A stretch of 64,000 nucleotides of DNA from a virus. Its lineage: Duplodnaviria > Heunggongvirae > Uroviricota > Caudoviricetes. Position 1 is the stretch's first letter; each line of letters starts with the position of its first letter. The stretch lies in IMG/VR virus record IMGVR_UViG_2703718861_000013, one strand, 5' to 3'. The notes below the pieces were generated by a model. It saw only the letters and a list, made by a program, of their open reading frames with translations, searched no databases and was not told the origin of the DNA. Both the position numbers and the translations under genes were made by a program. Shown in pieces: positions 39,239-51,236 of this stretch.

Positions 39239-40184
39239 ACGCCCACTGGTTATAAACACACAGCTTGCGATGAAGATTGGCTTAAATGAAGCCATTGTGT
39301 TGCAGCAGTTGCATTACTGGTTGAGAGATACCAATTCCGGTATGGAATGTGATGGTGTTCGCTGGATTTACAACACAACGGAACAATGGCTGGAACAGTT
39401 CCCATTCTGGTCAGAGTCAACGTTAAAGCGCGCGTTTGCAAGTCTGAAAACGCTGGGGCTTTTGCGTTGTGAAAAGCTCAATAAATCAAAGCGCGATATG
39501 ACCAATTTCTACACGATCAACTACGGGAGCGAGCTTTTAGATGATGGCAAATTGAGCGAATCCATCGGTTCAAAATGCGCCGCTCCATCAGGTCAAAATG
39601 ACACGATGGAAGAGGTCAAAATGAAACGCTCCATTGGTTCAAAACGATCCAATGTCATCGGGTCAAAATGGCCTGATGATCTTACAGAGAATACAACAGA
39701 GATTACTACAGAGAATAAAAACACTTTTCGTCCGGAAGCTTCGCAACCGGACCCGCAGACGACTGAACAGGATTTTTTAACCCGGAACTCCGACGCGGTT
39801 GTGTTTAGTGCGAAAAAACGCCAGTGGGGTAGCAGGGAGGATTTGGCGTGTGCGCAGTGGATCTGGGGGCGGATCGTGGGCCTCTACGAACAGGCAGCCA
39901 GTGATGATGGCGAGATCATGAGACCAAAAGAGCCTAACTGGACTGTCTGGGCCAATGACGTGCGCACAATGCGGATGCTGGATGGCAGAAGCCACAGACA
40001 AATTTGCGAAATGTTTGGTCGGGTTCAGCGAGATCCATTCTGGGTAAAAAACATCATGAGCCCGTCAAAGCTCCGCGAAAAATGGGACGAACTGGTCATC
40101 CGCCTGGGACGTTCACCTGTACAGCGTTGTGTTAATCATATTTCTGAACCGGATACAGAAATTCCGCCTGGTTTCAGAGGATAA
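39219..40184 (+). CDS. phage replication initiation protein (O-like N-terminal DNA-binding region)
   Basis: MSLLFAERPLVINTQLAMKIGLNEAIVLQQLHYWL...; start uncertain (TTG at 39165 also possible). Confidence 0.5.
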   Translation: MSLLFAERPLVINTQLAMKIGLNEAIVLQQLHYWLRDTNSGMECDGVRWIYNTTEQWLEQFPFWSESTLKRAFASLKTLGLLRCEKLNKSKRDMTNFYTINYGSELLDDGKLSESIGSKCAAPSGQNDTMEEVKMKRSIGSKRSNVIGSKWPDDLTENTTEITTENKNTFRPEASQPDPQTTEQDFLTRNSDAVVFSAKKRQWGSREDLACAQWIWGRIVGLYEQAASDDGEIMRPKEPNWTVWANDVRTMRMLDGRSHRQICEMFGRVQRDPFWVKNIMSPSKLREKWDELVIRLGRSPVQRCVNHISEPDTEIPPGFRG

Positions 40185-40224
40185 GTGTTGATTTCAGGTC
40201 ATGAGGTAATTTTAAGGGGGACTT

Positions 40225-40647
40225 GTGGCAAAAGTTTTTACACAAGAAGAGCGGGAAAAAATTAAAGGGCAGGTGGTGGAACTCGTGCGCCAGAGCGGTC
40301 GTGAGACGTTACGGCAACTGGAAGCTAAAACAGGTGCGACTAGATATCTGATGAGCGTTCTTGCCAGAGAGCAGGTAGCCAGTGGCGATGTATACAACTC
40401 CGGCTACGGGTTATTCCCGTCTGAACAGGCGCGTAAGGACTGGCAAAACGCCCGCAAAAAACTCTCGAGGGCAAAGGTGAAGAAACCTGCTGTGGTTGAT
40501 CCGGACCTTATCTGGTCATTACCTGACGGAGAAATACGCCGCTACGACAGTCGTCTAAACATAATCTGTCGCGAGTGCCGGAAGAGCGAAGTTATGCAGC
40601 GTGTTCTGACGTTTTATCAGGGGAATTATCGGGAGGTGATGCTGTGA
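40225..40647 (+). CDS. hypothetical protein (140 aa), GTG start
   Basis: AAGGGGG RBS then GTG. Confidence 0.4.
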   Translation: MAKVFTQEEREKIKGQVVELVRQSGRETLRQLEAKTGATRYLMSVLAREQVASGDVYNSGYGLFPSEQARKDWQNARKKLSRAKVKKPAVVDPDLIWSLPDGEIRRYDSRLNIICRECRKSEVMQRVLTFYQGNYREVML

Positions 40648-40877
40648 GTACATCGGCTACCATTCTCGACATGTGCTGTGGCAGTCGCATGCTCTGGTTC
40701 GATAAGAATGACGAATGGTCGATATTTAGCGATATCAGGAAAGAGGAACATTCGCTATGTGATGGACGTCACCCGATTATTAATCCCGACATTATCGCTG
40801 ATTTTCGTGCGCTGCCGTGGTTGTCTGCTTTGCATCAAAAGCAGACATTACCAGATTTAGACATCTGTTTCCGATAG
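40645..40877 (+). CDS. short ORF with SAM-methyltransferase motif-I-like N-terminus (ILDMCCGS), probably truncated
   Basis: Stops after ~77 codons. Confidence 0.25.
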
Positions 40878-40930
40878 CCCGTTCTGATGCTACACTTTTT
40901 GCTATTTTCATGAACCTCATAAACACATTT

Positions 40931-41596
40931 ATGACTGTTGCTGATTTCAAACGCCCCAAATTGGAGCTCCCAAACGGGGCAAAAAAACTATTACTGCACT
41001 CTTGCTGTGCTCCATGTTCCGGTGAAGTGATGGAGGCGCTTCAGGCCTCGGGAATCGACTACACCATCTTTTTCTACAACCCGAACATTCATCCTCAGAA
41101 AGAGTATTTAATTCGTAAGGATGAGAATATTCGCTTTGCTAAACAACACGGCGTGCCATTTATTGATGCTGATTACGACACAGACAACTGGTTTGAGCGA
41201 GCCAAAGGAATGGAATGGGAGCCTGAACGAGGGATCCGTTGTACCATGTGTTTTGACATGCGTTTTGAGCGGACTGCACTGTATGCCGCTGAAAATGGTT
41301 TCAGTGTGATCAGTAGCTCACTGGGCATTTCACGCTGGAAAAATATGCAGCAGGTTAACGACTGTGGACGGCGAGCCGTCGCGCATTATCCGGGCATGGT
41401 GTACTGGGATTATAACTGGCGAAAACAGGGCGGCTCTTCCCGCATGATTGAAATCAGCAAGCGCGAACAATTCTATCAGCAGGAATATTGTGGCTGCGTG
41501 TATTCACTGCGCGATACCAATCTACACCGCAAATCTCAGGGACGCCCTCTAATCAAAATTGGTCAACTGCACTACGGTAAGGAAGGACAGGAATGA
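40931..41596 (+). CDS. queH: QueH-like protein (DUF208, epoxyqueuosine reductase family)
   Basis: [11 protein letters not shown]...FFYNPNIHP...CTMCF...EYCGC cysteine pattern; start uncertain. Confidence 0.6.
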   Translation: MTVADFKRPKLELPNGAKKLLLHSCCAPCSGEVMEALQASGIDYTIFFYNPNIHPQKEYLIRKDENIRFAKQHGVPFIDADYDTDNWFERAKGMEWEPERGIRCTMCFDMRFERTALYAAENGFSVISSSLGISRWKNMQQVNDCGRRAVAHYPGMVYWDYNWRKQGGSSRMIEISKREQFYQQEYCGCVYSLRDTNLHRKSQGRPLIKIGQLHYGKEGQE

Positions 41597-41676
41597 TTTT
41601 ATATTATGCCAACGGAGCGTAGCAGTGTTTCTATATATAGTACGCCTACCTTAATTTTCAAATAATCATGATTAAT

Positions 41677-41717
41677 GAGCAGGTCATCAGTGCAAGCAAT
41701 GACCTGCTCATCTTGTT
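41677..41717 (+). terminator. stem-loop after the QueH-like gene
   Basis: gagcaggtca...tgacctgctc, short T-rich tail. Confidence 0.4.
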
Positions 41718-42208
41718 GAAATTAGAGGAAATCTTGCAGCCATGATATGGCTTAAAATAACGTTTGATTATTTTACCTGCTGTTTGTCCCTGGTTTAAAG
41801 TCGGTTGTCTGATTTGATTACGCGCAACTGACGCTTACGTATTGAAGTAACGAGCACGAAGACACATATTTATCAGTGCCTGTATACGTCAAGAGCAGGA
41901 GATTTATGTGCTGGTTCTCAAATGCACGCTGGCTATTGTGGCTGTAATGGCAATTTATTGTCTTGTTATTGTTCTTATGGATCACCTTTCTGATTGATTT
42001 CATATTGGCGAGGTAACGGTAGTTAAGTAGAATGGCTGCGGGTGCTTGAGGCTATCTGCCTCGGGCATGAACACCAACGGCAGATAGAGAAAAGCCCCAG
42101 TTAACATTACGCGTCCTGCAAGACGCTTAACATTAATCTGAGGCCAATTTCATGCTAGACACATGTAGGTTAGCCTCTTACGTGCCGAAAGGCAAGGAGA
42201 AGCAGGCT

Positions 42209-42364
42209 ATGAAGCAGCAAAAGGCGATGTTAATCGCCCTGATCGTCATCTGTTTAACCGTCATAGTGACGGCACTGGTAACGAGGAAAGACCTCTGCGA
42301 GGTACGAATCCGAACCGGCCAGACGGAGGTCGCTGTCTTCACAGCTTACGAACCTGAGGAGTAA
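42209..42364 (+). CDS. hokD: Hok-family type I toxin
   Basis: MKQQKAMLIALIVICLTVIVTALVTRKDLCEVRIRTGQTEVAVFTAYEPEE; overlapping upstream mok-like frame from 42152. Confidence 0.85.
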   Translation: MKQQKAMLIALIVICLTVIVTALVTRKDLCEVRIRTGQTEVAVFTAYEPEE

Positions 42365-42434
42365 GAGACCCGGCGAGGGAGAAATCCCTCGCCACCTCTG
42401 ATGTGGCAGGCATCCTCAACGCACCCGCACTTAA

Positions 42435-42459
42435 CCCGCTTCGGCGGGTTTTTGTTTTT
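42435..42459 (+). terminator. intrinsic terminator after hok
   Basis: cccgcttcggcggg plus T-tract. Confidence 0.6.
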
Positions 42460-42580
42460 ATTTTCAACGCGTTTGAAGTTCTGGACGGTGCCGGAATAGA
42501 ATCAAAAATACTTAAGTAGCGCGCAGGGATAAGAGGGATGGTCCCTTAAAGGGGAGAGCTAATTATCCGGAAGGATTCTG

Positions 42581-42832
42581 ATGATGAACATCGAAGAACT
42601 GCGTAAAATTTTTTGTGAAGATGGCCTCTATGCTGTGTGCGTTGAAAATGGAAACATTGTTAGTCATTACCGCATTCTGTGTTTGCGAAAGAATGGGGCT
42701 GCGTTAATTAATTTTGTGGATGCTCGGGTCACGGACGGATTTATCTTGCGCGAAGGTGAGTTTGTCACTTCATTACAGGCACTGAAAGAGATCGGAATAA
42801 AAGCAGGCTTTTCAGCTTTTGCAGAAGAATAA
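42581..42832 (+). CDS. rem: Rem-like small protein (83 aa)
   Basis: Length and position next to hok match Qin rem as recalled. Confidence 0.5.
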   Translation: MMNIEELRKIFCEDGLYAVCVENGNIVSHYRILCLRKNGAALINFVDARVTDGFILREGEFVTSLQALKEIGIKAGFSAFAEE

Positions 42833-42898
42833 ACTCATCTACAATCTTGCGCGGGGCTGAACTCCCGCTGAGTAACACCGTGCCACCGGAGAAAACCG

Positions 42899-43177
42899 AT
42901 GGCACGCAACGTAAAATATTACAATTCTGATAATTCGCCCGTTCTTGTCTGCACGCACGAGCGGTATTCTCACGCATTCAAGTCTGAATGGTTCCAACAC
43001 CCTCCATGCACTGAAGAGCAGGCTGAATGGATAATTCAGTGTTACCGCAGGCGCGGATACGAGGTTAAGAAAGCCCTTAGCCTCGACTACCGTCACTGGA
43101 TAATCTCAGTCAGATTGCCTTACTCCGAACGCCCACCACGTGCGTCCCGCACTTTCCAGCAACGGATCTGGAGGTAA
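42899..43177 (+). CDS. hypothetical protein (92 aa)
   Basis: ORF between rem and ydfU. Confidence 0.4.
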   Translation: MARNVKYYNSDNSPVLVCTHERYSHAFKSEWFQHPPCTEEQAEWIIQCYRRRGYEVKKALSLDYRHWIISVRLPYSERPPRASRTFQQRIWR

Positions 43178-43178
43178 C

Positions 43179-44228
43179 GTGCGGGTATTACTTAGACCTG
43201 TTCTGGTGCCTGAGCTTGGGCTGGTGGTCCTTAAGCCGGGCCGTGAATCCATACAGATATTTCATAATCCTCGAGTGCTGGTGGAACCGGAACCAAAAAG
43301 CATGCGTAATCTGCCATCCGGAGTCGTTCCTGCCGTTCGCCAGCCGCTGGCGGAAGACAAAACATTGCTGCCGTTTTTTAGTAACGAACGGGTGATTCGT
43401 GCTGCTGGCGGCGTTGGCGCATTGTCTGACTGGCTATTACGTCATGTTACATCCTGCCAGTGGCCTAATGGCGATTACCATCACTCTGAAACAGTCATTC
43501 ACCGTTATGGTACCGGCGCAATGGTGTTGTGTTGGCACTGCGACAACCAACTGCGTGACCAGACATCGGAATCACTGGATCTGCTTGCTCAACAAAATCT
43601 GACAGCATGGGTGATTGACGTCATCCGTCACGCAATAAGCGGTACGCAGGAACGTGAATTATCTCTGGCTGAATTATCCTGGTGGGCGGTCCGCAATCAG
43701 GTGGCGGACGCGCTACCGGAAGCGGTATTACGTCGTTCGCTGGGATTACCAGCGGAAAAAATCTGCTCGGTGTACCGCGAGAGCGACATCGTACCGGGAG
43801 AGCAGACCGCCACCAGCATATTGAAACAACGCACAAAAAATCTTGCACCGTTGCCTTACGCCCACCAGCAACAAAAACTACCACAGGAAAAGACGGTGGT
43901 AAGCATCACCGTTGATCCAGAGTCTCCGGAATCTTTCATGAAGCTGCCTAAACGTCGCCGCTGGGTTAAGGAGAAATACACACGTTGGGTTAAGACACAG
44001 CCGTGTGCTTGCTGCGGTATGCCAGCCGACGATCCGCATCATCTGATTGGTCACGGGCAGGGCGGAATGGGAACAAAAGCACATGATCTCTTTGTGTTGC
44101 CTTTGTGCAGAAAGCATCACAACGAGCTGCATAGGGATACAGTGGCATTTGAAGAGAAGTATGGCTCCCAACTGGAGCTGATATTTCGTTTTATCGATCG
44201 CGCGCTGGCAATTGGCGTACTGGCGTAA
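43179..44228 (+). CDS. ydfU: DUF968 protein with C-terminal Cys/His cluster
   Basis: GTG with GGAGG RBS; ...CACCGMPADDPHHLIGHGQGGMGTKAHDLFVLPLCRKHHNELH. Confidence 0.65.
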   Translation: MRVLLRPVLVPELGLVVLKPGRESIQIFHNPRVLVEPEPKSMRNLPSGVVPAVRQPLAEDKTLLPFFSNERVIRAAGGVGALSDWLLRHVTSCQWPNGDYHHSETVIHRYGTGAMVLCWHCDNQLRDQTSESLDLLAQQNLTAWVIDVIRHAISGTQERELSLAELSWWAVRNQVADALPEAVLRRSLGLPAEKICSVYRESDIVPGEQTATSILKQRTKNLAPLPYAHQQQKLPQEKTVVSITVDPESPESFMKLPKRRRWVKEKYTRWVKTQPCACCGMPADDPHHLIGHGQGGMGTKAHDLFVLPLCRKHHNELHRDTVAFEEKYGSQLELIFRFIDRALAIGVLA

Positions 44229-44241
44229 GTGGAGAACGAGC

Positions 44242-44994
44242 ATGAACCTTGAAGCCTTACCAAAATATTACTCCCCAAAATCTCCAAAATTGAGCGATGA
44301 CTCTCCAGCGACAGGCACCGGTTGTTTAACAATTACGGATGTAATGGCAGCGCAGGGGATGGTGCAGTCGAAAGCACCACTTGGGTTGGCCTTATTTCTG
44401 GCAAAAGTTGGTGTTCAGGACCCTCAGTTTGCGATTGAAGGCCTGCTAAATTACGCGATGGCACTGGATAACCCGACATTGAACAAATTGAGTGAAGAAA
44501 TCCGGTTACAGATTATTCCTTACCTCGTGAGTTTTGCCTTTGCTGATTACTCCAGGTCTGCGGCAAGTAAGGCTCGCTGTGAGCATTGTTCAGGTACGGG
44601 ATTTTATAATGTATTGCGCGAAGTGGTGAAACACTACAGACGCGGGGAATCTGTAATCAAGGAAGAATGGGTGAAGGAACTATGTCAGCATTGCCATGGT
44701 AAGGGCGAAGTCAGCACAGCGTGCAGAGGGTGTAAGGGTAAAGGGATTGTTCTGGATGAAAAAAGAACCCGGTTTCATGGCGTACCGGTATATAAGATTT
44801 GTGGGCGTTGTAATGGAAACCGGTTTAGTCGTTTACCGACCACGCTGGCACGACGTCATGTCCAGAAGCTGGTACCAGACCTGACCGATTATCAGTGGTA
44901 TAAGGGGTATGCGGACGTCATTGATAAACTGGTAACAAAGTGCTGGCAGGAAGAAGCATACGCGGAAGCGCAATTGAGGAAGGTGACGAGATAA
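44242..44994 (+). CDS. quuQ: late-gene antiterminator Q
   Basis: Zinc-binding ...CEHCSGTG...CQHCHGKG...CRGCKGKG...CGRCNGN; immediately upstream of the lysis region. Confidence 0.75.
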   Translation: MNLEALPKYYSPKSPKLSDDSPATGTGCLTITDVMAAQGMVQSKAPLGLALFLAKVGVQDPQFAIEGLLNYAMALDNPTLNKLSEEIRLQIIPYLVSFAFADYSRSAASKARCEHCSGTGFYNVLREVVKHYRRGESVIKEEWVKELCQHCHGKGEVSTACRGCKGKGIVLDEKRTRFHGVPVYKICGRCNGNRFSRLPTTLARRHVQKLVPDLTDYQWYKGYADVIDKLVTKCWQEEAYAEAQLRKVTR

Positions 44995-45100
44995 ATGATT
45001 TTTGCTGAAGATGGCGACATGATGTTTGCATTTTTCAAAAAACATGGATAAGATTTTCTCAACGATGGGCTTTGTGTATCCGACGTTTAGAAAAAAGTAG

Positions 45101-45127
45101 AAAACCCGCTGATAAGCGGGTTTTTGT
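45101..45127 (+). terminator. intrinsic terminator downstream of Q (antitermination target candidate)
   Basis: aacccgct-gata-agcgggtt plus ttttt. Confidence 0.6.
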
Positions 45128-45149
45128 GCTTTAAATGGGGCAATAGAGA

Positions 45150-45359
45150 TATTGAATCTCATCCCGGGATAAACATTGGGAGTTGAAGGTCCACGCGAAC
45201 CATTTATCCGGCAAAATTCCACGCGTAATCCTGTGGTAATTTCTTCTGCATCTCGAAGATTGAGAGCTGAAACGTGAAGCTGGGCATCGATACGCCATCG
45301 GATGGGAATATAAGACCTTTGCTGCTTTTGTAGTCAAAGTTTTTGACAATTCCTGTCAT
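45150..45359 (-). pseudogene. cspF: cspF-like cold-shock gene with apparent frameshift
   Basis: MTGIVKNFD...SDG then frame change; the other frame continues [37 protein letters not shown]. Confidence 0.5.
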
Positions 45360-45669
45360 TTTAGGGGACAGAAAAACTCCTTAATACTGATAACCTGGTG
45401 CACCATACACACGTTCCTGGAGAAAACTACTTTGTTGATAGGGTTGAAGGTGTCTGGATGTCTAAAATAAACATTGCTTCATATGTTCAACTATGAGTTA
45501 ATGACTGCGTCGGTTTGAAGAACAGACGATATACGAAGTAGTTTACTAAAGCAGTTCTCATTTCAGGTGTTATTCACTTATTCCTTCTTTGAGTCTCTCC
45601 AATTAAGTACGAAGTCGTTTCTGTTATGCAAACCATTTATGCCGAAAGGCTCAAGTTAAGGAATGTAGA

Positions 45670-45885
45670 ATGTCAAATAAAATGACTGGTTTAGTAAAAT
45701 GGTTTAACGCTGATAAAGGTTTCGGCTTTATTTCTCCTGTTGATGGTAGTAAAGATGTGTTTGTGCATTTTTCTGCGATTCAGAATGATAATTATCGAAC
45801 CTTATTTGAAGGTCAAAAGGTTACCTTCTCTATAGAGAGTGGTGCTAAAGGTCCTGCAGCAGTAAATGTCATCATTACTGATTAA
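45670..45885 (+). CDS. cspB: cold-shock protein CspB-like
   Basis: [38 protein letters not shown]... Confidence 0.85.
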   Translation: MSNKMTGLVKWFNADKGFGFISPVDGSKDVFVHFSAIQNDNYRTLFEGQKVTFSIESGAKGPAAVNVIITD

Positions 45886-46167
45886 AATTCATCGCTCGTC
45901 TGTATACGATAACGAAGAAGGCTGATGCCTGAGTAGAGATACGGACAGAGTAGTGAATATTGGATTTCTTTAATAAAAATTAAGGAGGTCCAATACATGA
46001 AACAATGGCCAGCATATTTGGCAAAATCTTAATCAGGAAAAGTATGCTAACCATTGTGGTGAAGTGCAGGTTTGCTGCATGAATAGTTTTACAGCAGAAG
46101 CTAACTGCTGGCATGGCAAAACAAAGTGCGTAAGTGGATGACTCCCACAAAAAGCACCACAATCTCA

Positions 46168-46189
46168 AACCCGCTCAGGCGGGTTTTTT
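46168..46189 (+). terminator. intrinsic terminator
   Basis: aaacccgctcaggcggg plus tttttt. Confidence 0.5.
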
Positions 46190-46247
46190 ATTATCTGCTT
46201 TAAATATATTATTAAAATATAAAAATACTTGTTACTAATAAAATCAA

Positions 46248-46418
46248 TCAGGCTACAGCTTTAAGATTTGTCTGGAATACTTTGTTGCAATGAGGGCAGA
46301 TCAAAAGGGCACCTTTTTGTACTCTTGAAAAACTGTGTTCTGACTCTTGGGTGCAGTTTGGGCAGGAACATTTAACGAGATAATTACGGCGTGATTTTGA
46401 GTCTTTACGTTCTGACAT
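46248..46418 (-). CDS. small zinc-ribbon protein (CxxC...CxxC)
   Basis: MSERKDSKSRRNYLVKCSCPNCTQESEHSFSRVQKGALLICPHCNKVF. Confidence 0.4.
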   Translation of the reverse strand: MSERKDSKSRRNYLVKCSCPNCTQESEHSFSRVQKGALLICPHCNKVFQTNLKAVA

Positions 46419-46637
46419 AGGCTTTTCCTGTATAAATGGCCGTATACAGTACACTAAATATGAAAACATTTCTCGTATTATTATTTTATATATGACTTTC
46501 TTTCAAAATAATTACTCACATTTTTAATGTGTATGTTTCTTTAGCGCCGTTGAGAACAACGTGTGCTGTCAAAACTACCCCGTAGACTCCGATCTTTTCA
46601 AACATATTGCACCATCCGTGTACATCGGGGTGAGGAT

Positions 46638-46853
46638 ATGAAATCAATGGATAAGTTAACAACAGGTGTTGCCTATGGCACATCGGCGGGTAATGCTGGT
46701 TTCTGGGCATTGCAGTTACTCGATAAAGTAACTCCGTCACAGTGGGCTGCAATCGGTGTGCTGGGTAGCCTGGTTTTTGGCCTGCTGACGTATCTGACAA
46801 ATCTTTATTTCAAGATTAAAGAAGACAGGCGTAAGGCTGCGAGAGGAGAGTAA
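46638..46853 (+). CDS. essQ: phage 21-type holin (pinholin S21-like)
   Basis: [28 protein letters not shown]...[38 protein letters not shown]. Confidence 0.8.
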   Translation: MKSMDKLTTGVAYGTSAGNAGFWALQLLDKVTPSQWAAIGVLGSLVFGLLTYLTNLYFKIKEDRRKAARGE

Positions 46854-46857
46854 TCCA

Positions 46858-47165
46858 ATGACTCAAGACTATGAACTGGTTGTGAAAGGAGTCCGTAATT
46901 TTGAGAATAAAGTTACGGTAACTGTAGCCTTACAGGACAAAGAACGCTTTGACGGTGAAATTTTTGGCCTGGATGTCGCCATGGACCGTGTTGAAGGAGC
47001 TGCGCTGGAGTTTTATGAGGCAGCAGCCAGAAGGAGCGTCCGGCAAGTCTTCCTGGAAGTAGCAGAAAAATTGTCAGAAAAAGTTGAGTCTTATCTGCAG
47101 CATCAGTACTCCTTTAAGATTGAAAATCCTGCCAATAAGCACGAGCGTCCTCATCATAAATATAT

Positions 47166-47169
<4 letters not shown>
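46858..47169 (+). CDS. ydfR: YdfR-like protein between holin and endolysin
   Basis: 103 aa; position matches Qin ydfR. Confidence 0.55.
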
Positions 47170-48193
<1,024 letters not shown>

Positions 48194-48554
48194 GGTAATA
48201 TTAAATCGGAACATTTACATCGCGGAATGTAAAATTTAAATAAAAAGGACTCTTCCATGAGCCAAAATTCCTGAAATCTTAAGGGTAAGATAAAAGGTCT
48301 TAATCAGAATGACACGTTTTATTAATAAATAAAGCTATTCTTTCATTGCTGTGTTTTTCTTTACAAAAGTAATCCTTGCTATGGGTGGTTAATCATGCGT
48401 TAATGGTGTTCTGGTTTGTTACAAATTTATCTGAAGCAGTCATTGTTATAATTTTATTATTTGTACCTCTTGAGATTTCCTTGTTGGTTTTTCTCTCTGA
48501 TATTTTTTTCGGACCATTCTGCCCAAGGGCTAATTTCTTCAAAAGGTAATAATT

Positions 48555-48767
48555 ATGTCTAACAAAATGACTGGTTTAGTGAAATGGTTTAACCCTGAAA
48601 AAGGTTTTGGTTTCATCACGCCGAAAGATGGCAGCAAAGATGTGTTTGTCCATTTCTCAGCAATTCAGAGCAACGATTTCAAAACATTAACTGAGAATCA
48701 GGAAGTTGAATTTGGTATTGAGAACGGACCTAAAGGTCCTGCCGCTGTTCATGTAGTGGCGCTTTGA
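48555..48767 (+). CDS. cspI: cold-shock protein CspI-like
   Basis: [45 protein letters not shown]. Confidence 0.85.
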   Translation: MSNKMTGLVKWFNPEKGFGFITPKDGSKDVFVHFSAIQSNDFKTLTENQEVEFGIENGPKGPAAVHVVAL

Positions 48768-49038
48768 GGTAGACAATATTACAAACCATATTCACTTTAG
48801 ATGCCCGTGTTGTCATGGTTCCCAGTATAGAACATCATCTTTTGATGTTTCTGACATGAATCCTTTCGGGGCAAAATGTATCTTTTGTAAATCAATGATG
48901 ATTACATTTGATAATATTTCACAATACTTAAATGCCAGCCGTCTGTCGTTGGATTTAAAAAAGTGAAAATGAAGGCTCCTTCGGGAGCTTTTTTGCTTGG
49001 TGTCTATTCGATGGATACTCACATACTACGGTAACATC

Positions 49039-49269
49039 ATGAAAAAAATCATAGTTTTTTTTAACTCTGAACCAGCAGTGGTAGTGCCAGCGATGACTGG
49101 AGTTAACACCATCATGCGTGAATATCCAAATGGCGAAAAAACACACCTTACTGTAATGGCCGCAGGGTTTCCATCTCTGACCGGAGATCATAAAGTCATT
49201 TATGTAGCCGCGGATCGACATGTCACTTCAGAAGAAATTCTGGAAGCAGCAATAAGGCTCTTGAGTTGA
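49039..49269 (+). CDS. hypothetical protein (76 aa)
   Basis: ORF from MKKIIVFFNSEPA. Confidence 0.3.
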   Translation: MKKIIVFFNSEPAVVVPAMTGVNTIMREYPNGEKTHLTVMAAGFPSLTGDHKVIYVAADRHVTSEEILEAAIRLLS

Positions 49270-49440
49270 TTTGATGCTATTGCATTGATAATTCAGGAAA
49301 ATTCTCTTTGTCTGTTTGTGTAAAATTTAGACTATCGTATGTTGATTATTGCGATGTTTCATCTTATCTTTTACACGTTTGCACCATATAATCGACTTAC
49401 TGTGTAACTGGAAAGTCATAACAGACTAAAAGAGGAAATG

Positions 49441-49614
49441 ATGAATATTGAAGACTTAAAAACAAAAGCAGAAGCAGATATTTCTGAATATATAACAAAA
49501 AAAATTATTGAACTTAAGAAAAAGACCGGGAAAGAAGTTACCAGTATTCAGTTTACCGCACGGGAAAAAATGACGGGTCTTGAAAGCTATGATGTCAAGA
49601 TTAATTTAATCTGA
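49441..49614 (+). CDS. gnsB: GnsA/GnsB-family small protein
   Basis: MNIEDLKTKAEADISEYITKKIIELKKKTGKEVTSIQFTAREKMTGLESYDVKINLI; 57 aa, absent from the ORF track. Confidence 0.7.
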   Translation: MNIEDLKTKAEADISEYITKKIIELKKKTGKEVTSIQFTAREKMTGLESYDVKINLI

Positions 49615-49765
49615 TGTATTCAATAATAAAATTTATCCATAAACCTCGTTTTTACGGGGTTTTGTTATATTTGAATGGTTCCGAATATCTAAATCACAAT
49701 TGTTGATGGTTTTTATTAAACCAATGCAGTCCGGCTCAGGAGTGAGAGAAGCCGGACGTTATGGT

Positions 49766-50176
49766 TTAGCGTGGTAAGATCTGTGTAGTTTTCTGGATGC
49801 TTTCAGTAAATAGTAATGAGTTATCAAAGGCATAGTAATATCTTTGGTGTTCCTGGATATTTGTAACCCATCGGAAAACTCCTGCTTTAGCAAGATTTTC
49901 CCTGTATTGTTGAAATGTGATTTCTTTTGATTTCAACTTATTATAGGAGGTCTCTATAAGATGTTTGTTTCTGGAGAATTTAACATTTACAACCTTTTTG
50001 AGTCCTTTTACTAACACTATGTTGTCGTTTTCTAACACAATGTGAATATTATCTGTGGCTAAATAGTAAATATAAAGTGAGACATTGTGACGTTTTAGCT
50101 CAGAATAAAATAATTCACAGTTTAAATCTTTACGCACTTGATCGAATATTTCTTTAAAAATGGCAGCCTGAGCCAT
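49766..50176 (-). CDS. ydfO: YdfO-like protein (DUF1398)
   Basis: 136 aa from [11 protein letters not shown]. Confidence 0.55.
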   Translation of the reverse strand: MAQAAIFKEIFDQVRKDLNCELFYSELKRHNVSLYIYYLATDNIHIVLENDNIVLVKGLKKVVNVKFSRNKHLIETSYNKLKSKEITFQQYRENLAKAGVFRWVTNIQEHQRYYYAFDNSLLFTESIQKTTQILPR

Positions 50177-50476
50177 TGGTAAACCTTCCATGTGATACGA
50201 TAGCGCGTAGTTTGCATTATCGTGTTTATTGTTTCAATCTGGTCTGACCTCTTTGTGTTTTGTTGATGATTTATGTCAAATATTAAGCCTGTTTTTAATG
50301 AATAGTGTTGATTGCGTAACAAAGTTGAGCCTTGCTGGCATCCAGGAGGGATATGCAACCGACAGATGTATGTAAGGTCGATGTACTCAAACTTTCATAC
50401 TTTTCCTCTTTTATGCAGAAAGATTTGAAGTAATATTTTAACCGCTAGATGACGAGCAAACGCATGGAGCGACAAA

Positions 50477-50683
50477 ATGAATAAAGAACAATCTGCTGAT
50501 GAACTCTCGTTGGATCTGATTCGTGTAAAAAATATGCTTAATAGCACCATTTCTATGAGTTACCCGGATGTTGTAATTGCATGTATAGAACATCAGGTGT
50601 CTCTGGAAGCATTCAGGGCAATTGAGGCAGCGTTGGTGAAGCACGATAAGAATTCGAAGGATTATTCCCTGGTGGTTGACTGA
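50477..50683 (+). CDS. hypothetical small protein (68 aa)
   Basis: ORF upstream of the packaging genes. Confidence 0.35.
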   Translation: MNKEQSADELSLDLIRVKNMLNSTISMSYPDVVIACIEHQVSLEAFRAIEAALVKHDKNSKDYSLVVD

Positions 50684-51236
50684 GCACCATAACTGCTAAT
50701 CATTCAAACTATTTCACCTGTGACAGAGTCAATGTCGCATTCTGTCACTGTCATGCTAATACAGAGCTGCAATTCAACTACTGCAATGTCCTCGTAATTA
50801 GGTGAATTTACAATATCGTCCTGTTCGGATGCCGGCTGCATTGCTGAAGATGAGGCATTTATGGTTCGCATATTTTCCCCTCATGCTCGTCAGTCCTGTG
50901 CGTAGGAAGAAACAGGACACTCACACTAATTTGTGTGGGCATGCTGTGATGTCCTTCTGAATTATTCCTATGCCATTATGTAAAGCGCTGTATCAGATGC
51001 TCGTCACGGCTGTCAGGCTGTCGGGTCCTCCCGGTGGGGCCCCTGCCACGGGGCGGGAGCGTCGCGGAAAAAGGCTAGTTTTTGAAATTTTATTCGTCAT
51101 CACCACTACTGTAATTGATTGATATTACAGTTGTTTTATTTTTATGGTGTCGATTCTGATTGTTTTTTGTTCATCACTAACACCGTTTGCCTAAAGTTGT
51201 TCGCAAGATGCATGTTTAAAACATTCTGGAGCGGGT

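Noticed and set aside
41600-42150. tRNA genes in the Q-lysis region and as integration targets
   Set aside because: No cloverleaf-compatible sequence with a conserved T-loop motif seen by eye here or at 45900-46250; all three insertions are in protein-coding genes.
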